Source: Epiperipatus broadwayi
Lineage: Eukaryota > Animalia > Onychophora
NCBI GenBank assembly: GCA_028023455.1
Contig: JAQFVV010000003.1
Span: 25,172,001 to 25,236,000 of the forward strand
Direction of reading: 5' to 3'
DNA: 64,000 nt
Shown: in pieces, positions 61,509 to 64,000 of the stretch
Layout: each line of letters begins with the position of its first letter
Position numbering within the stretch: the first letter of the stretch is position 1
Translations under genes and position numbers: made by a program
Notes under the pieces: model-generated
What the model was told of the DNA's origin: nothing
Database searches by the model: none
The model's input: the letters and a program-made list of their open reading frames with translations, nothing else

Positions 61509-64000
61509 TATTCAGTTTTCTTTAAGTGATTATTAAAGAGAAAGAGTTTTGCCATTTTAACATATGTACCTTTCTGATTTTTAAAATAGCTCAATGATGC
61601 TGTATTGAGTACAGAGGAAATTCTCAAATCCAAACACAAGATAGACTTTACAAAGATAATAATGGTCATCTTATCTTTAACCTAAATTCTGATTTACATA
61701 GGCCAATCTAAAGCATCTTGGTTTTCACACAATTTAAGCACTAAATAAATAAATTTGAATGTTACATAAGATGATTATTGCAAAATAATTTTTAATCAAT
61801 TTCCATAAGTGTAATAAATCATAAGTCATTTTCTAAATACATATAATGCATTTAATTTCTTTCTAAGACAAAATGTTACGTTGGTGAAGAGATTGGAGAT
61901 GTCAAGTTTGAAAGAACAGAGAAAATTAAAGTATCAATGTAGAACAGGTACAATAATGTTATCAAGCTGTTTGCAGACTTTGGCTGGAATGACATCTACA
62001 ACTAAAGAAGTTTTGTTTTTGAGTCACATGATTTTTTCAAATAATATCTGATATTTTGTAATATAATCTTTTTGATGAAATTGGGCCCTATATTAAATGA
62101 TGCTCAAAAAATTTCATGTCCATTCTTATGCTTGGAATAAGAAAGTCATTCAAGTCTAAATATTATAGCATTCTGATTGTAAAGTGTCATTAGCTGGATT
62201 GCTTCATTTGCAATTTAAAAGATAATAGATTTTGTATTATTCACTTGCAAAATTAACATGAAGATATGAATTGATATTATCTATATATTATTTTTATGAG
62301 GGTTTTTGAGTTAATGGTCTGTTAATCATTTAGTACAGGAATTGCTTATAATGTTTTTAAAGAATAATCAATTTCAAATAAAGAAAGATTTTATTATTAA
62401 TAATAACAATGTCATTAATTATTATGTTATTAAAATAACATTCTATAATAAATTGAAAAAAACAGAGCAGCCACATGACTGAGTGTAAGTTGAATGCATA
62501 ATGAATATAAAAGATGAGAAAAAGGATGACTACAGATAAATGATGAGCCAGTTCATACAGGTGGGCATATGAAAAATTTATGAATTTGTATTTTTCTTTT
62601 ATTTAATATTATTTTCAAATTATGGATGATTATCCCCATGGATTAATGGAGGACAACTGCATTAACCAGGCCTAAAAAATACAAAGAAAATAACACTAAT
62701 TATATATTAAACCAAAGAATGATCCTACACTGTATATATGCTAAATGATGAATAATTAATCAAAAGGGAGGGCTTTCCATTTGGGTTCTGTTGAGCCCTA
62801 AACTTCTGTTATATAAAGTTTGTATAAAAAACTTTCACTCTCCACTTCAACAAAAACAAAATGTAAAAGTTGATATCACTCCTGGCATTAGAATTTAGTT
62901 GATCCCAAATTCTGAAATAATATTGAAAGAAAAGAAGTTAAATCATACATTATTTGCCTATCTATCATTTCTGGTACTTGAAACATCTCATGGACTTGAA
63001 ATAATAAATTGTCTAATTTTTTTTTCATTACCAATTTAAATTAATAATATTTGATTTTTGTTGTGATTTTTTTTTTGCATATTCAATAAATTATTTATGT
63101 TATTAATAATCAGAAAAATTGTCAGAGTTCCAAAATTTTTATCAACGTGAAAATAGTTAGGTTTAAAATAAGATATAAATCACTGGTTTAAGGCAGTTAA
63201 AGTATTCACACAATGGTATAAAACAACAATATCTTTTATTTTAATAAAAATATAGCTGTTTCCTGTTACCCAGCTTCATCATAAGGTAACTTTGCATAAG
63301 TTATTGGAATAAATGTTAAAAAATGCTTAATGAACACTAATAAACATTAAAATAATTATCTATATTTTATATACATTTCAGTGTGAAGGGTGAAAAATAA
63401 AATTAAACAAAGAAAATTGGTATAAACAACAGCAATAAAAAAAATAACATGAAGTAAGTGAATATCAAAAATATTTATCGATGAATAAAAATAACATGAA
63501 AAATTTCTACAGCTCATGCCATGTAGATAAATTAAAGAATTTAGTCAATTCTCATTTCACTCAATCTACATCAAAAAGAAACACATGATATCTATTATAA
63601 TAAACATAAGATTAATCATTAATGAAAAGCAATTTTTGGGGTCATATAACTTGATTTTAGGCAGAACATTTAATATGGAATACAATTTATGAGAGTGAAG
63701 CATAAACAATAAAACTAATATGAATTCATTAGCAGTTTGAGTATCAGAAATGACATAACTGGACCACAAATTCCATGCAGAACATACACATTACTGAAAC
63801 CCTGTCAATAAAATGTGCTAAACAAGATAATAGTAATAGTAGCAGTAGTTTTCTTTTTACTTAAAGAAAAAATAATTATTTTAAATTGTAAATATTGCAG
63901 ACAATAAATAACAATTTTATTGAAGCTGCTCCTATTTTGGAATCAGTTTAACATTCTAGTGATTACTAATATACATATATAAATATTTTGTTTGCTGATC

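Noticed and set aside
1-64000. CRISPR array or prokaryotic operon
   Set aside because: No regularly spaced repeat-spacer array or gene-dense coding; the content is eukaryotic TE-rich non-coding DNA.

Overview
Very AT-rich, CpG-depleted eukaryotic (animal-like) intergenic or intronic DNA. I see no intact host protein-coding gene, rRNA, true tRNA or CRISPR array. Nearly all listed ORFs are chance ORFs or fragments of decayed transposable elements: a CR1/L2-group LINE with a PHD-finger ORF1, a Merlin (ISXO2/IS1595-like) DNA transposon, a probable solo LTR, a long fold-back element, a Tc1/mariner-Tigger-like non-autonomous element and two RTE-clade LINEs. The main signal is not in the ORF track. 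Two unrelated non-coding repeat families (family B, unit about 470-480 bp, 4 loci; family C, unit about 445-456 bp, 5 loci) each carry one minimal type I hammerhead ribozyme (HHR) per unit. They occur as head-to-tail partial tandem arrays joined into inverted structures with 3' ends pointing outward. Two family C HHRs (16120-16178 minus, 16592-16650 plus) keep all core nucleotides, apart from an atypical A.A juxtaposition at the base of stem II. All family B copies carry core mutations, often at the CpG of C-GAAA. Two further degenerate HHR-like motifs lie at about 36.4 kb and behind a tRNA-like promoter at about 5.7 kb. This resembles non-autonomous Penelope-like / non-LTR retrozyme elements, a known class, although these particular families may be undescribed. 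No Penelope RT or GIY-YIG ORF was recognised in the window. All alignments were done by eye.
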